A DNA stretch of 28,605 nucleotides from a bacterium (GTDB lineage Bacteria; JAMCPX01): contig JAKAHI010000001.1 in the NCBI GenBank assembly GCA_021815065.1, positions 1 to 28,605 of the forward strand, written 5' to 3'. This document shows, in pieces, positions 15,727 to 25,660 of the stretch; the first letter of the stretch is position 1, and each line of letters opens with the position of its first letter. The notes under the pieces were generated by a model. It did not search any database and had not been told where the DNA came from. It worked only from the letters and a program-made list of their open reading frames with translations. The translations under genes and the position numbers were made by a program.

Positions 15727-17396
15727 CACTTTATAGGGTGCCATCGGGCTGGGTAAATGTACTTCGCACCATTGTGTGCGGTGCCGGCGGGGCTGATAGC
15801 ATGGGACGCTCCGGTACACCGGCCGAACCTTTTGTAACCCCGGAATGGATATTCGGGACATTCCTTCTTAATAGTGGTGTAAAAAGCGCATCTTTAAATA
15901 ATTTGTTCATGCGGATCCTGCTCGGGAATTCCCCGGAGCCCGCAGCAAAATCCGGCCAGAAAAAAGCATGGTATTGCAATGTGGCCGTTAATGATAGCGA
16001 TGGCTCAATTCTGTCGTATAAGTTAATTGACATCAGTTCGTATATAGCGCCAACAAATCCAGCTCTTCCTATTTTCAGTCTGATCGGCACTTTTTATAAT
16101 TTAATTATAAATAATGGCGGCTGGGATTGCTCTACTTTAACTCAGGACGCTATAGATATTTTAGGATACATACCCTCTGGATCCTCAGCAGGATCAATTA
16201 TCGGGTTAAATATCATCAACGCGATATTCCAGAATCATGCACAAAACCAGATTGGTGTAACCGGACTTTATTATTCTACGATTATGCTGAAAACAGTGGG
16301 GGATGATTGCGTGATAAGTGGCGTTCAGTTTTTTAACTGCTACAACCCAATAGGGTTGTTTATCACCGGAAGGGCAACGAGGATTGAGAATACTGTTTTT
16401 TCTTCCTCAACAGTTGCTGTTGTTTCCGACAGACGGCTGACAACCATATATAAATTATTCTTCTCACCGAATCCTATTACCAGAAGCCAATTCACCCCAG
16501 CGATATTCTATGCAACTCTGAACATGCCGCGGCATATTCAGAACTGCTATTTCGAGTCGACAGACTATGTGCTTGATTATGAGGATTATTTCGTCGCACT
16601 CACCGGCATCGCGGCCGGGAACGTGGTTACTGTGGAAAGCAGTGACTTAAGCCAGGTTGTGACGGACGAAGGCAATTTCTACCGGCTCGATGCAAACGAT
16701 CTGGTGGGCTGGGTGCTTGTGGATGAGGTTACATACCAGGAGTTTCCGATTACGGCATCCGATGCGTTTACCGGCGCATACCCGTTTAATATCACAGTCA
16801 ATGGCAATCCGCAGGGCGGCACATTCAAAATCAAAGCGCCTTCACAAGGAACGTTTTTAGTCGGCAACTATTATGCAGACCAGCAGGTAGACTCGGACGG
16901 AGACGGCGTTGCGGATGTTGCAGGGTCATACCCAACAAAAGGATTCGGACTCGGAAAGACTTTATATCCGGACCCCATGCCCATGATGGCATCGATGCTT
17001 GATATTGACCGTGCAGCTCTCAATCCCGCAGCACTCCCGGGTGCACTTGTGCTGATGCCGGATAATAAAGTTTTAATCACAACTGCCGTGCAGAACAAGC
17101 TTACAAAGATTGTACGAGGGGACACTCCACAAATCTCATTTGACCTGGGTTTTGACTGCACAGGGTGGGATGCGTATTTCGGGGCAAAGGTGTCTCCATC
17201 GGATTTAACATACGCAATAAACCCGATCCAGTGTGTATGGACCAATCAGGCACTTGGACAGGGGTATGCACAGCTCGCGGTAACGGACACCGCAGTTGCC
17301 GGGCAATACGTGGCAGAGGTTGAGCTGAGGCAAGGGTCCTCGATACAGACGCCCCTCAAAATTAAACTCGTAATTCTTGCGGATGTGGTGAGCTGA
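15717..17396 (+). CDS. Putative beta-helix (pectin-lyase-like) virion appendage with C-terminal BppU-like domain (559 aa)
   Basis: GGADSMGRSGTPAEPFVT lead-in, Ile/Asn-rich strand repeats, DSDGDGVAD Ca-binding-like motif, C-terminal IVRGDT...AGQYVAEVEL pattern. Confidence 0.6.
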   Translation: MAITLYRVPSGWVNVLRTIVCGAGGADSMGRSGTPAEPFVTPEWIFGTFLLNSGVKSASLNNLFMRILLGNSPEPAAKSGQKKAWYCNVAVNDSDGSILSYKLIDISSYIAPTNPALPIFSLIGTFYNLIINNGGWDCSTLTQDAIDILGYIPSGSSAGSIIGLNIINAIFQNHAQNQIGVTGLYYSTIMLKTVGDDCVISGVQFFNCYNPIGLFITGRATRIENTVFSSSTVAVVSDRRLTTIYKLFFSPNPITRSQFTPAIFYATLNMPRHIQNCYFESTDYVLDYEDYFVALTGIAAGNVVTVESSDLSQVVTDEGNFYRLDANDLVGWVLVDEVTYQEFPITASDAFTGAYPFNITVNGNPQGGTFKIKAPSQGTFLVGNYYADQQVDSDGDGVADVAGSYPTKGFGLGKTLYPDPMPMMASMLDIDRAALNPAALPGALVLMPDNKVLITTAVQNKLTKIVRGDTPQISFDLGFDCTGWDAYFGAKVSPSDLTYAINPIQCVWTNQALGQGYAQLAVTDTAVAGQYVAEVELRQGSSIQTPLKIKLVILADVVS

Positions 17397-17950
17397 TGTT
17401 TAACGAGATCATAGACGCAATCGAACGAAGGCTCGAAGACAAGATGCCGGCAGACAACATCGACATCAAGGACTTCCGGGTGATCAAAAACACGTCGTTT
17501 GTTTATACTCAGCCCGGCATATACGTCTTCATCGATGACGGAACCTCCCAGATTACCACGGCAAACGACTCAGACCGGCTCACGCCGGTTGTCAACATCG
17601 TTGTTAAATTTAAGCACCTCAAGAGAGAGGATGAACGCAGAAAAGGGGTATACCCGATTATAGAAGGCATCATCGGCGCACTGGAACGATATGATCTAAC
17701 AGATGCAGACGGCAACCCTCTCAAGGTGCGCTCCCTTCGATTAATGAGCTTCCGGAATATCACACTCCCGGTTGAGGACAATGCGGGATTTATCCTTTAC
17801 CAGATTCAGTTCAAGCTCTCGTATACAATAACAAAGATGGATGATGAGCAGGTAACCGAACTGCTCACCATGGGTGTAAACTATTATCTGCAACCGAATA
17901 ATGATACCCCGGTTGCAACGGATGTAATAACTCTCAAGGAGGAACAATGA
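17396..17950 (+). CDS. Tail completion/terminator (Mu gp37-like)
   Basis: IIDAIERRL N-terminus; position upstream of gp38 and sheath; TGATG overlap. Confidence 0.8.
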   Translation: MFNEIIDAIERRLEDKMPADNIDIKDFRVIKNTSFVYTQPGIYVFIDDGTSQITTANDSDRLTPVVNIVVKFKHLKREDERRKGVYPIIEGIIGALERYDLTDADGNPLKVRSLRLMSFRNITLPVEDNAGFILYQIQFKLSYTITKMDDEQVTELLTMGVNYYLQPNNDTPVATDVITLKEEQ

Positions 17951-18129
17951 AAGTAATGGCCGCAAAGGGCTTACAATGCCCGAAAGAATCAAAGCCGAGG
18001 GAATATATCACAGACAGCGTCGCAGTCGACGTGCCGTCGACAACGTATTACCTGCGCCTTCTCAATGACGGGTCACTCGTATTGGCAGATGCGCAGAGTA
18101 CCTCAAAAACCATAAAGGGAGGTAAATAA
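17947..18129 (+). CDS. Mu gp38/DUF2635-like small protein
   Basis: MKVMAAKGLQCPKE...YYLRLLNDGSLV, directly before the sheath. Confidence 0.9.
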   Translation: MKVMAAKGLQCPKESKPREYITDSVAVDVPSTTYYLRLLNDGSLVLADAQSTSKTIKGGK

Positions 18130-18131
18130 AG

Positions 18132-19592
18132 ATGGCATCACAGAACATAAGTTTTTCACAAATACCCGCATCCATCCGCAAGCCGGGGGTATACGGGGAA
18201 TTCAATACAAAACTGGCTGTAAGATCGTTGCCAGCGAATGTGCATAATATGTGCATTATCGCACAGAAGATCGCAGCAGGCACGATCGCTGCTCTTAAAC
18301 CAATACAGGTTTTTAGCGCCTCGGATGCAGCCACATACTTCGGTATTGGCTCGATTGCGCATAAGATGGTGCAGGCTGCCATTGCAGGCAACCAATATCT
18401 TAATCTTACGGTTTGCGCTTTAGATGACGCAATCGGGAGTGCGGCAGCAGCTGGCTCGATTGTTATCGGGGGCCCGGCAACCTCAAGCGGATCCTTGACG
18501 ATCTATATCGGCAATCAGGCATGCGAGATTGCGGTTGCAAATGCAGATACCGCAGCAACCATGGCAACAAACCTTCTTGCCGCGCTTGCAGCCATTGCAG
18601 ACCTCCCGGTATCGTATGCCATCGACGGAGTGAATAACGCCAAGATAAACTTTACGGCAAAAAATAAGGGTTCGGTTGGGAACCAGATCGGTATTGATTA
18701 CGACACAGACAGCGCCGCGCAGATAGGCGTGACCATAACCATCTCAGCCATGGCCGCCGGAGCAGTTGACCCGGATATTACCACGGCACTCGCGGCAATC
18801 TTCGCATCCGGACACGATCTTCTTGCAGTGCAGTATATAGACCAGACATCTTTGACTGCCCTTGCAACACACCTCAACACGGTCTCCGGACCTATGGAAC
18901 AGAGAGGAGCACGGGGTGTATATGCAATGACAGGCACTCTGGCAGCCGCAACAACACTTGCAGGCCAGATAAACAGCGAACGTGTGAATAACCCATATCT
19001 GAGGGGAACCCGCTCAACCTCGTATGAGGTGGCTGCATGTTATTGCGCAGTGATGGCATCCGAAGAGGATCCTGCCATGCCGCTTAACACCTTGCCGCTT
19101 ACTGGAATCGCCGCACCTCAGGATGACCAGAGGTTATCCAGGGCAGAGCAGGAAAGCTGTTTGTGGAACGGGGTTGCACCGTTAGAAGTTGGTGCAGGCG
19201 AGAATGTGCAGATTGTACGCGCTATCTCAACATATACAAAGAATCCCGCAGGAGTCGCAGACCCGTCGCTTCTCGATACAACAACCATCGCAACACTCGA
19301 TTACACGCGGCTGGCCGTCAATACCAGGCTCATGCTGAGATTCCCAAGAAGCAAGCTTACAGACGGTGTGCCGAAGGTCAAACCGCCGACAAAAGACATT
19401 GTGAGATCTCAGGTCATAGACGTTTTGAAACAGGAAGAGTCGCTTGAGATTTTGCAGGATGTGACTGCAAACGTGGACGGTATAGAAGTTGAAAGGGACA
19501 CGCAGGACAATAGCCGGCTGGATATAAAGATTCCGGCAAAAGTAGTCAACGGGCTGCATATCATTGCAGAGCGCATTGACCTTTACTTATAA
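18132..19592 (+). CDS. Tail sheath (Mu gpL-like)
   Basis: IPASIRKPGVYGEF, YFGIGSIAHKM, LLWNGVAPL-like CLWNGVAPL, IVRAISTY, RFPRSKL motifs; 486 aa. Confidence 0.96.
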   Translation: MASQNISFSQIPASIRKPGVYGEFNTKLAVRSLPANVHNMCIIAQKIAAGTIAALKPIQVFSASDAATYFGIGSIAHKMVQAAIAGNQYLNLTVCALDDAIGSAAAAGSIVIGGPATSSGSLTIYIGNQACEIAVANADTAATMATNLLAALAAIADLPVSYAIDGVNNAKINFTAKNKGSVGNQIGIDYDTDSAAQIGVTITISAMAAGAVDPDITTALAAIFASGHDLLAVQYIDQTSLTALATHLNTVSGPMEQRGARGVYAMTGTLAAATTLAGQINSERVNNPYLRGTRSTSYEVAACYCAVMASEEDPAMPLNTLPLTGIAAPQDDQRLSRAEQESCLWNGVAPLEVGAGENVQIVRAISTYTKNPAGVADPSLLDTTTIATLDYTRLAVNTRLMLRFPRSKLTDGVPKVKPPTKDIVRSQVIDVLKQEESLEILQDVTANVDGIEVERDTQDNSRLDIKIPAKVVNGLHIIAERIDLYL

Positions 19593-19605
19593 GGAGGGAT
19601 GAACA

Positions 19606-19965
19606 ATGGGTGAATATGTTGCAAAAGTATTACTGGATGTAAATGGACAACAGATATCGGACTTCAAGTCTGTCTCGGAATCCGAGGTCGACATACGAAA
19701 GCAGGTCCCTCTGATGAATAAAACAGGGCATGTGAATGTGACGCCCCGATATCAGTGCGTGGTTGAGTATGTGGTCCCTTCGGATTCCCCGGAATTTGAC
19801 TGGGCAGGCGTAGAAGGTGGAACATTAACCATTGATAAAAACAACGGGGTACGCGTGACGTTTTCCGGTGTGAGTACACTGAAAATCGGAGAGGCAAAGG
19901 CAGACGGAGAAAATGAGATCACAAGGTCTATTACCCTGGGTGCGGAAGACAAGATCGAACAGTAA
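19606..19965 (+). CDS. Tail tube
   Basis: 119 aa directly after the sheath; typical size and beta-rich composition. Confidence 0.88.
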   Translation: MGEYVAKVLLDVNGQQISDFKSVSESEVDIRKQVPLMNKTGHVNVTPRYQCVVEYVVPSDSPEFDWAGVEGGTLTIDKNNGVRVTFSGVSTLKIGEAKADGENEITRSITLGAEDKIEQ

Positions 19966-19975
19966 TGGAGATTAA

Positions 19976-20509
19976 ATGAACCTTTTGGAGGTTTTAAAAG
20001 CCGGTAAAAAGAACATTAAAACCCTGAACTTCCCGGGCACAGACCAGCAAATCGGGCTGACTGTGCTCACAGACGGTGAAGTGCAGGAGGCTGTGTTTTC
20101 TGCGGAACGCCACTTCAAAGACAAGGACATTGAGATCACCGCAACCACTCTCGGCACCTACAATTCCGAGGTCAATGCCCAGATGCTTTTCCGTGCGATC
20201 GTAGACCCGGAGAAGAGAAAAACCGACGGAACCTACGAGCTGGCATTCAAGAGGATCGAAGACCTGAGGCTTGCAAGCTCAGCGCAGAAGGCAGAGTTGA
20301 TTGAAGCCTATAACGACTTCGAGGCGCAGTGCTCCCCCTCTGTAGCAAAGATGTCGGATGAAGATTTCGACAAACTATTTGAGGATATAAAAAAAAACCC
20401 ACTGACTGGGAACAGTTTAAATTCGTCAACAGCGAAAAGGCTTATAGTCTTTTTGGCAAGCCGGCCGCAGAGCTCACCGAAGGGCAGTGGCTCTACATCC
20501 TCACATTGA
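19976..20509 (+). CDS. Tail assembly chaperone (G-like)
   Basis: Between tube and tape measure; contains a slippery A-run at 20389-20397. Confidence 0.88.
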   Translation: MNLLEVLKAGKKNIKTLNFPGTDQQIGLTVLTDGEVQEAVFSAERHFKDKDIEITATTLGTYNSEVNAQMLFRAIVDPEKRKTDGTYELAFKRIEDLRLASSAQKAELIEAYNDFEAQCSPSVAKMSDEDFDKLFEDIKKNPLTGNSLNSSTAKRLIVFLASRPQSSPKGSGSTSSH

Positions 20510-20589
20510 GGAATGCGGAGGCTGAGAAGATGTCTCCGGGGCCGAAAAAGTATCTTGTAAAACGGAGCAAGAATGGCAGATTTGCTTAA
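19976..20589 (+). CDS. Extended chaperone (GT-like, about 204 aa) via programmed -1 frameshift
   Basis: ATA AAA AAA AAC slippery site; the -1 frame is open for 66 codons (KKKPTDWEQFKFVNSEKAYSLFGKPAAELTEGQWLYIL...) to TAA 20587-20589, overlapping the tape-measure start. Confidence 0.8.
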
Positions 20590-22390
20590 AAGAATAGAAA
20601 TTCTAATAGCCAGCAACTCCCATGCGCTCATTAACGATCTGAGGCGCGGGCAGACAGCTATCGGGAATTTTAGCTCCCGTACGATGGCTGTGCTTAACCG
20701 CACCGGGCAGGCGATGAATGGGCTTGCCTCAAAGTATATGAACGGCGTCACCATGCTTGCAGGCGGCGCAGGATTCACCTATCTCATTCACCAGCAGGCA
20801 AATTTTGAGGACAGCCTGCGCGAGATTGGACGCACCAGCGGCGGTACTGCACAGAAGATGGCCAGCATGAAATCTGAAATCATGGGACTGATATCACCTG
20901 CGAACAAGCTCCATATCGCACTCTCAAAAGAGGAATGGGCTGGCGTTGCAGCAGAGCTCAACAATACCGGGATTAGCCTCGACACTATTCAGCAGATCCT
21001 GCCGCAAATCGGTATGGGTGCAGAGGCTGCACATGCAGATACAAAGCAATATGCCGCAACCATGGGCGATTTTCTGGATAAGTATAAGGTGCAGGTCAGC
21101 GACCTCTCCGCTCTCCAGGACAGCCTGAATGTCGCTCTGAAAATGCCTGATGTTAAAGGGCATACAAACGAATTTTTGCAGGCAATGTCCCAGATTGCGC
21201 GTCCCATGCGCCAGATGGGAATTGCCGGGAAAGAAAATACAACCCAGATAATGGCGCTCCTCGCAGAACTGGGAGAATTAAACGGCGGAGATTTTGGAAG
21301 CGCCGGAACAAATATCGAGCAGATGTTTAAAGCCCTCTCAAAATTCGGTAAAAACATGCCAAATTTTGCGATTATCCGGGCACAATTAAAATCTCTGGGT
21401 ATTAATTTCTTTGATCCTCACGGAAAGATGAAACCATTCCCTACATTGCTGCCTGAATTAAAGAAGCTCGCAAAGGAAGCACAAAAACGCGGATATGCCA
21501 CAATGGCAGTTTTCCAAAACGTGTTCAACAGCCCGGAAGCTGCAAATGTGTTTGCCGATATAGCTGACCATGAAGATGAGGTAACCAAAAAAACAAAGCA
21601 ATTAGGTGCTGCCGCAGAAGATATGCAGAAAGATTTTGCTTATGCTCAAGGTGATATAGCGAATAAGTGGAAAGTTCTGAAAAATCAATTTGAGCATTTC
21701 GCCTTACCATATCTTAACAAAACGCTGGATGAGTTGATAAAGGTAATGGCCTACACAGAAAAGCATCCGGGGTTGATGAAGGGTATTCTTACAGGTGGAG
21801 TTGTTGCCGGTGGAGCGCTGGTGACTGCGAAAACCATCGGCGTGGGTAAAGAATTGTATGGATTCGGGAAAGATATTTACGGTCTTGCCACAGGCAAAGG
21901 AAAAAGTATTACTCCTGTATATGTGACAAACATGGGAAGTATGTCTGGGTCTCTAAACAATGCAGCAAACAAAATAGGGCAGGCAGGTTTATTATTAAAA
22001 GCAACTAACTTGGGTGCTGCCGGGGCATTGGGCTATGAGATGGGAACCGCTATAAATAGAGTTCTTTCGAATACTATCGGTGGAAAATATTCAGGACAAG
22101 AAGGCGCGCTTGGCAATAGATTATACGATTGGCTTCATAAAGATGATATGAAAAAAGAGGGGGATCTTCAAGCACAAGGAGGCGAATATTTCTCCGACAA
22201 ATTAAATCGTATACGCGAAAGTCAGTGGGGGCCTGGAGGGATAGGAAACCCACAAAATCAAATTATTCTTAATGTACATATCGATTCAAAGGGGAAAATC
22301 GTCGCAGATTCGAATTCTCCTTCTACTCGAATTGATGCGATTGCCCATGGTAATTTCTTCCCCACTGGTGGGGCAAGCGAGGGATGGTAA
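20573..22390 (+). CDS. Tape measure protein (605 aa)
   Basis: Ala/Gly-rich helical protein with a core typical of tape measures (FEDSLREI...), canonical position. Confidence 0.92.
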   Translation: MADLLKRIEILIASNSHALINDLRRGQTAIGNFSSRTMAVLNRTGQAMNGLASKYMNGVTMLAGGAGFTYLIHQQANFEDSLREIGRTSGGTAQKMASMKSEIMGLISPANKLHIALSKEEWAGVAAELNNTGISLDTIQQILPQIGMGAEAAHADTKQYAATMGDFLDKYKVQVSDLSALQDSLNVALKMPDVKGHTNEFLQAMSQIARPMRQMGIAGKENTTQIMALLAELGELNGGDFGSAGTNIEQMFKALSKFGKNMPNFAIIRAQLKSLGINFFDPHGKMKPFPTLLPELKKLAKEAQKRGYATMAVFQNVFNSPEAANVFADIADHEDEVTKKTKQLGAAAEDMQKDFAYAQGDIANKWKVLKNQFEHFALPYLNKTLDELIKVMAYTEKHPGLMKGILTGGVVAGGALVTAKTIGVGKELYGFGKDIYGLATGKGKSITPVYVTNMGSMSGSLNNAANKIGQAGLLLKATNLGAAGALGYEMGTAINRVLSNTIGGKYSGQEGALGNRLYDWLHKDDMKKEGDLQAQGGEYFSDKLNRIRESQWGPGGIGNPQNQIILNVHIDSKGKIVADSNSPSTRIDAIAHGNFFPTGGASEGW

Positions 22391-23604
22391 TGGCACAGAC
22401 TTACGACGCAATGCTGGACGATTTCGAGCTTGTCTGCGAGACTATCGAGGACAACTTCGAGAAGGCCGTTGTGGAGAACGAATTCCCCTATAAAGACGGG
22501 GCTATGCTCGATGACCTGGGTCTAAAGGCCACAAAGATCCGTCTGCGTTGTTATTTTTACGGGGACACATATTCGACTTATAAAGATTTTGTTGAGTATA
22601 TTAAGGAGAACACCTCTTTCACTCTCACTCATCCTGATTATGGAGACATGACCGGGGACGTGGAGTCATTGACGGTACGTCATGATGACCGCAATCAAAC
22701 GGCGGAAATAGATTTTACCTTTGTGCAGGAGCTTACCTCTGACATCGGCAATACATACGAGCCAGAGGTGCAAAACGATACCGAGAATTCCTTCCTCAAC
22801 GGCATCCAGGAGCAAATAGACAGTTTCTCAAGCGACATTGGGAGTGCAATATCGAGCGCCTCGTTTATTGCCCAGGCAAACACCTTTGTAACCGGCTTGC
22901 AGGCCACGATGGCCGATATAGCGAACCCGGCAAACTCCCTTGTTGCGGCGATAGACTTTACGACAGACCTGCCTTCTCAGGTGATGGGCGCTGTAACACA
23001 GTGTGTGGAGCGCTACGCCCGAGCCTACGATGCGATCTCCGATGCGCCTGCCCAGTTCCTTACAAGCGTGCAAAATAGCCTTTTAAAGCTCAATAGCGCA
23101 GTCAACAGCTTTTCTGATTCCGGCTGGTCCTCTGCCGCGGCAAAGCAGATTCAGGTTGCAATAGGTATGAGGCTGGGTCTCGAAGCGGCTTACCTCTACA
23201 AAGACGATCAAACCTTGAGAGAGCAAAACACCTCGATGGAGAACGCCCAGGCGTTCGATGTGCAGGGAAACTACATAGCGCCGCAGGCCACAGCCGATGT
23301 GATGACTGTCAATGACCTTGAGAACACACTCGCCCTGGTGCGTACCAATATTCAGGCGGCCGTTAATGTTGCCCGGGATATTCAGAGCCTCAAAGATATT
23401 GCACTTACGCTTTTGATATACGTCGAACAGATAAAGATTCAGAGGGAAAAGATAATCCAGGTAAGGCTTGACAATACGATGCCGCTGCACCTGGTTTGCC
23501 TGCGTTATAATCTGCCGTATGCGTATGCTGAGCGATTGTATAAAATCAACAATCCAAAGAACCCGAGTTATATGTCGGGATTGGTGAATGTGTATGTCAG
23601 ATAA
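22390..23604 (+). CDS. DNA circularisation protein (Mu gp43-like)
   Basis: VENEFPYKDGAMLDDLG and LTHPDYG N-terminal motifs; start at the TAATG overlap (22390); track start 22384 is also possible. Confidence 0.88.
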   Translation: MAQTYDAMLDDFELVCETIEDNFEKAVVENEFPYKDGAMLDDLGLKATKIRLRCYFYGDTYSTYKDFVEYIKENTSFTLTHPDYGDMTGDVESLTVRHDDRNQTAEIDFTFVQELTSDIGNTYEPEVQNDTENSFLNGIQEQIDSFSSDIGSAISSASFIAQANTFVTGLQATMADIANPANSLVAAIDFTTDLPSQVMGAVTQCVERYARAYDAISDAPAQFLTSVQNSLLKLNSAVNSFSDSGWSSAAAKQIQVAIGMRLGLEAAYLYKDDQTLREQNTSMENAQAFDVQGNYIAPQATADVMTVNDLENTLALVRTNIQAAVNVARDIQSLKDIALTLLIYVEQIKIQREKIIQVRLDNTMPLHLVCLRYNLPYAYAERLYKINNPKNPSYMSGLVNVYVR

Positions 23605-24646
23605 TGCGGCATTGAATATTAACGGGGTTAAGATCGAGCATTTTAAATCCTTCTCGGTCTCTGCGGATATTTATACGGCAGACTGTTCTTTTCAGATGGA
23701 GCTTTCAAACCCGGAGACTGTTATAAGCGCCGGGGAACGCTGCGATCTCTCCATAAACAATACGAAAGAATTGACCGGCTTGATAGACAAACCATCTCGC
23801 AAATGGAGTAAGAATGAGACGCATTTTGGCATTGAAGGACGCTCGCTCATGGGACTGCTCGTGGATACTTACTGCACCCAAGCCATGGATCTTGAGAACA
23901 CAACGATTAAGTCGCTTGCAAACACACTTTTAAAAAATGTGCCGTATATAAACACGAAGGATATTGTGTACGAGCAGGATGTTATCGGCCGGCTTAAAGG
24001 TAAACCGAAAATGGGCGTTTTTGCAAATGCAGACAATGCATACGCATATTCCAAAATCGAGCCTGGCATGACGATATTCGATGTTCTGAAACAATACGCA
24101 ACGTCGAGGGGATTGATGTTTTTCGGGCTGCCGGATGGGACTTTTGTTTTCGGCACTCTGAAATCCCAGGGCGACCCGGTGTATACTCTGACACTCCGCA
24201 AAGACGGCCAGAATAATAATGTAATGGAGGCTGAGTGTAGTGAAGATTTTTCAAAACGGTATTCTGATATATATATCCTGGCTGAACAGCAAGGGACCAC
24301 GAATATATGGGGAAATGCGTGCAACCCTCACGATTCTGTAACCGATTTGACATTCCCATACAAAAAGCCCTTTGTGGGACGCAATAATTACGGCGATTCA
24401 ATGAGCTGCAAGAAGTATGCGGGTATGATTCTGGACAAGCAGAAGCATGATGCGTTTAACGCAACCTATAAGGTCCCGGGGTTTTCACAGAACGGCAAGA
24501 ACTGGGCAATCAATCAGGTTGTGCATATAGATGATGAAGTGAACGGGTTGAATGGATCCTACCTTATACATGGCCGGACATTTGAACTCTCCAAAAGCGG
24601 CTCTTTTACAACGCTGAGGGTAGGATTGCTTGGAGGAATGTATTAA
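23588..24646 (+). CDS. Baseplate hub/tail protein (Mu gp44-like)
   Basis: IEGRSLMGLLVD, IEPGMTIFDVL, DGTFVFG, FSKRYS, W-x-INQVVHIDD motifs. Confidence 0.92.
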   Translation: MCMSDNAALNINGVKIEHFKSFSVSADIYTADCSFQMELSNPETVISAGERCDLSINNTKELTGLIDKPSRKWSKNETHFGIEGRSLMGLLVDTYCTQAMDLENTTIKSLANTLLKNVPYINTKDIVYEQDVIGRLKGKPKMGVFANADNAYAYSKIEPGMTIFDVLKQYATSRGLMFFGLPDGTFVFGTLKSQGDPVYTLTLRKDGQNNNVMEAECSEDFSKRYSDIYILAEQQGTTNIWGNACNPHDSVTDLTFPYKKPFVGRNNYGDSMSCKKYAGMILDKQKHDAFNATYKVPGFSQNGKNWAINQVVHIDDEVNGLNGSYLIHGRTFELSKSGSFTTLRVGLLGGMY

Positions 24647-24978
24647 TGTGTATCGCGTGTTTTAAACAGGGTATTAAAGGGGCTGTCGCTGTCGGGGATA
24701 AGGCGCACTGTCTGGCGAGCAGAGCATCGTCCGGACAGGACATTCTCAAGGAAAAGGTGAGCTGCGAAGCTGTCGACGATAATGGTAATTGTTTCGGTGC
24801 CGAGGTTATAAGTGAAAGTGTTCCCGTGCACGTCATCGACCCTCCGGCTCTCAAGAGTGATGACGGAAGCTCTATTGTGTACAATATGTTGAAATGGGAC
24901 TACCCCGCTTGCACAGGGGTTTTGCCAAGTGCCGAGAATCAAGATTGTCAGCAATGTTATCATGGAGTTCATATATAA
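24646..24978 (+). CDS. Cys-rich hypothetical protein (110 aa, 8 Cys, CxxC at both ends)
   Basis: GGAGG SD and TAATG overlaps at both ends show operon coupling. Confidence 0.8.
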   Translation: MCIACFKQGIKGAVAVGDKAHCLASRASSGQDILKEKVSCEAVDDNGNCFGAEVISESVPVHVIDPPALKSDDGSSIVYNMLKWDYPACTGVLPSAENQDCQQCYHGVHI

Positions 24979-25451
24979 TGCTTAACATGATACGGGGCAT
25001 TGTGCAATCGATTTCGGAAAAGCTATCAAAGCATTTCACCGGGACCGGACGCTGGAATGAAACTATAACCGACAGGGAGATGTTCCAACATTACGGATTC
25101 ACATCCCATCCTTTGAATGGAGCGGAAGTGCTGGTGTTGCACAAAGGGAATGTGCTGATTTCGGTTGCCGAAGAAGACCAGAGATACAGGTTACAGATTC
25201 AGGATGGCGAGGTTGCCCTTTATACAGACCAGGGTGATGCCGTGTATCTGAAACGTGGGAATATAATGGAGTTGCGGACAAAGACATTGCAGATAGGGGA
25301 TGCGAGCGCTTCGCATCCCATACCACTCGGGGATATACTTGAGCAGCGGTTTAATGCGCACATTCATATGGCGCCGACCGGTCCTTCTGGGCCACCGACA
25401 ATATTATTGGACGGATCAGAACTTTCTACAATGGCAAATATAAAGGTATAA
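24978..25451 (+). CDS. Baseplate spike (Mu gp45/gpV-like)
   Basis: FQHYGFTSHP, GEVALYTDQG, C-terminal HIH metal-binding motif; start at the TAATG overlap (24978). Confidence 0.93.
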   Translation: MLNMIRGIVQSISEKLSKHFTGTGRWNETITDREMFQHYGFTSHPLNGAEVLVLHKGNVLISVAEEDQRYRLQIQDGEVALYTDQGDAVYLKRGNIMELRTKTLQIGDASASHPIPLGDILEQRFNAHIHMAPTGPSGPPTILLDGSELSTMANIKV

Positions 25452-25453
25452 TT

Positions 25454-25660
25454 ATGGCACTTGATAAAACAACATTACAGAGCACGTTAACAACGATATT
25501 GAGTGATCTTTCCGCAGGGAAGACTGTGGCGTCATGTGCCGCGGATCTTGCAACCGCTATTGATACCTATGTAAAATCAGCCACGGTAATTGTTACCAGT
25601 GTTTCACTGGTAACGGCCGGAACTGCCGCATCCGGCCCTGGATCCGGGACATTATCATGA
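25454..25660 (+). CDS. Small baseplate-associated protein (68 aa), possible spike tip
   Basis: Between spike and wedge genes; AADLATAIDTYVKSATV and Gly/Thr-rich tail; ATGA overlap. Confidence 0.7.
   Translation: MALDKTTLQSTLTTILSDLSAGKTVASCAADLATAIDTYVKSATVIVTSVSLVTAGTAASGPGSGTLS

Noticed and set aside
24894-24977. Upstream start for the spike gene
   Set aside because: Lies inside the Cys-rich gene; the TAATG overlap and SD support 24978.
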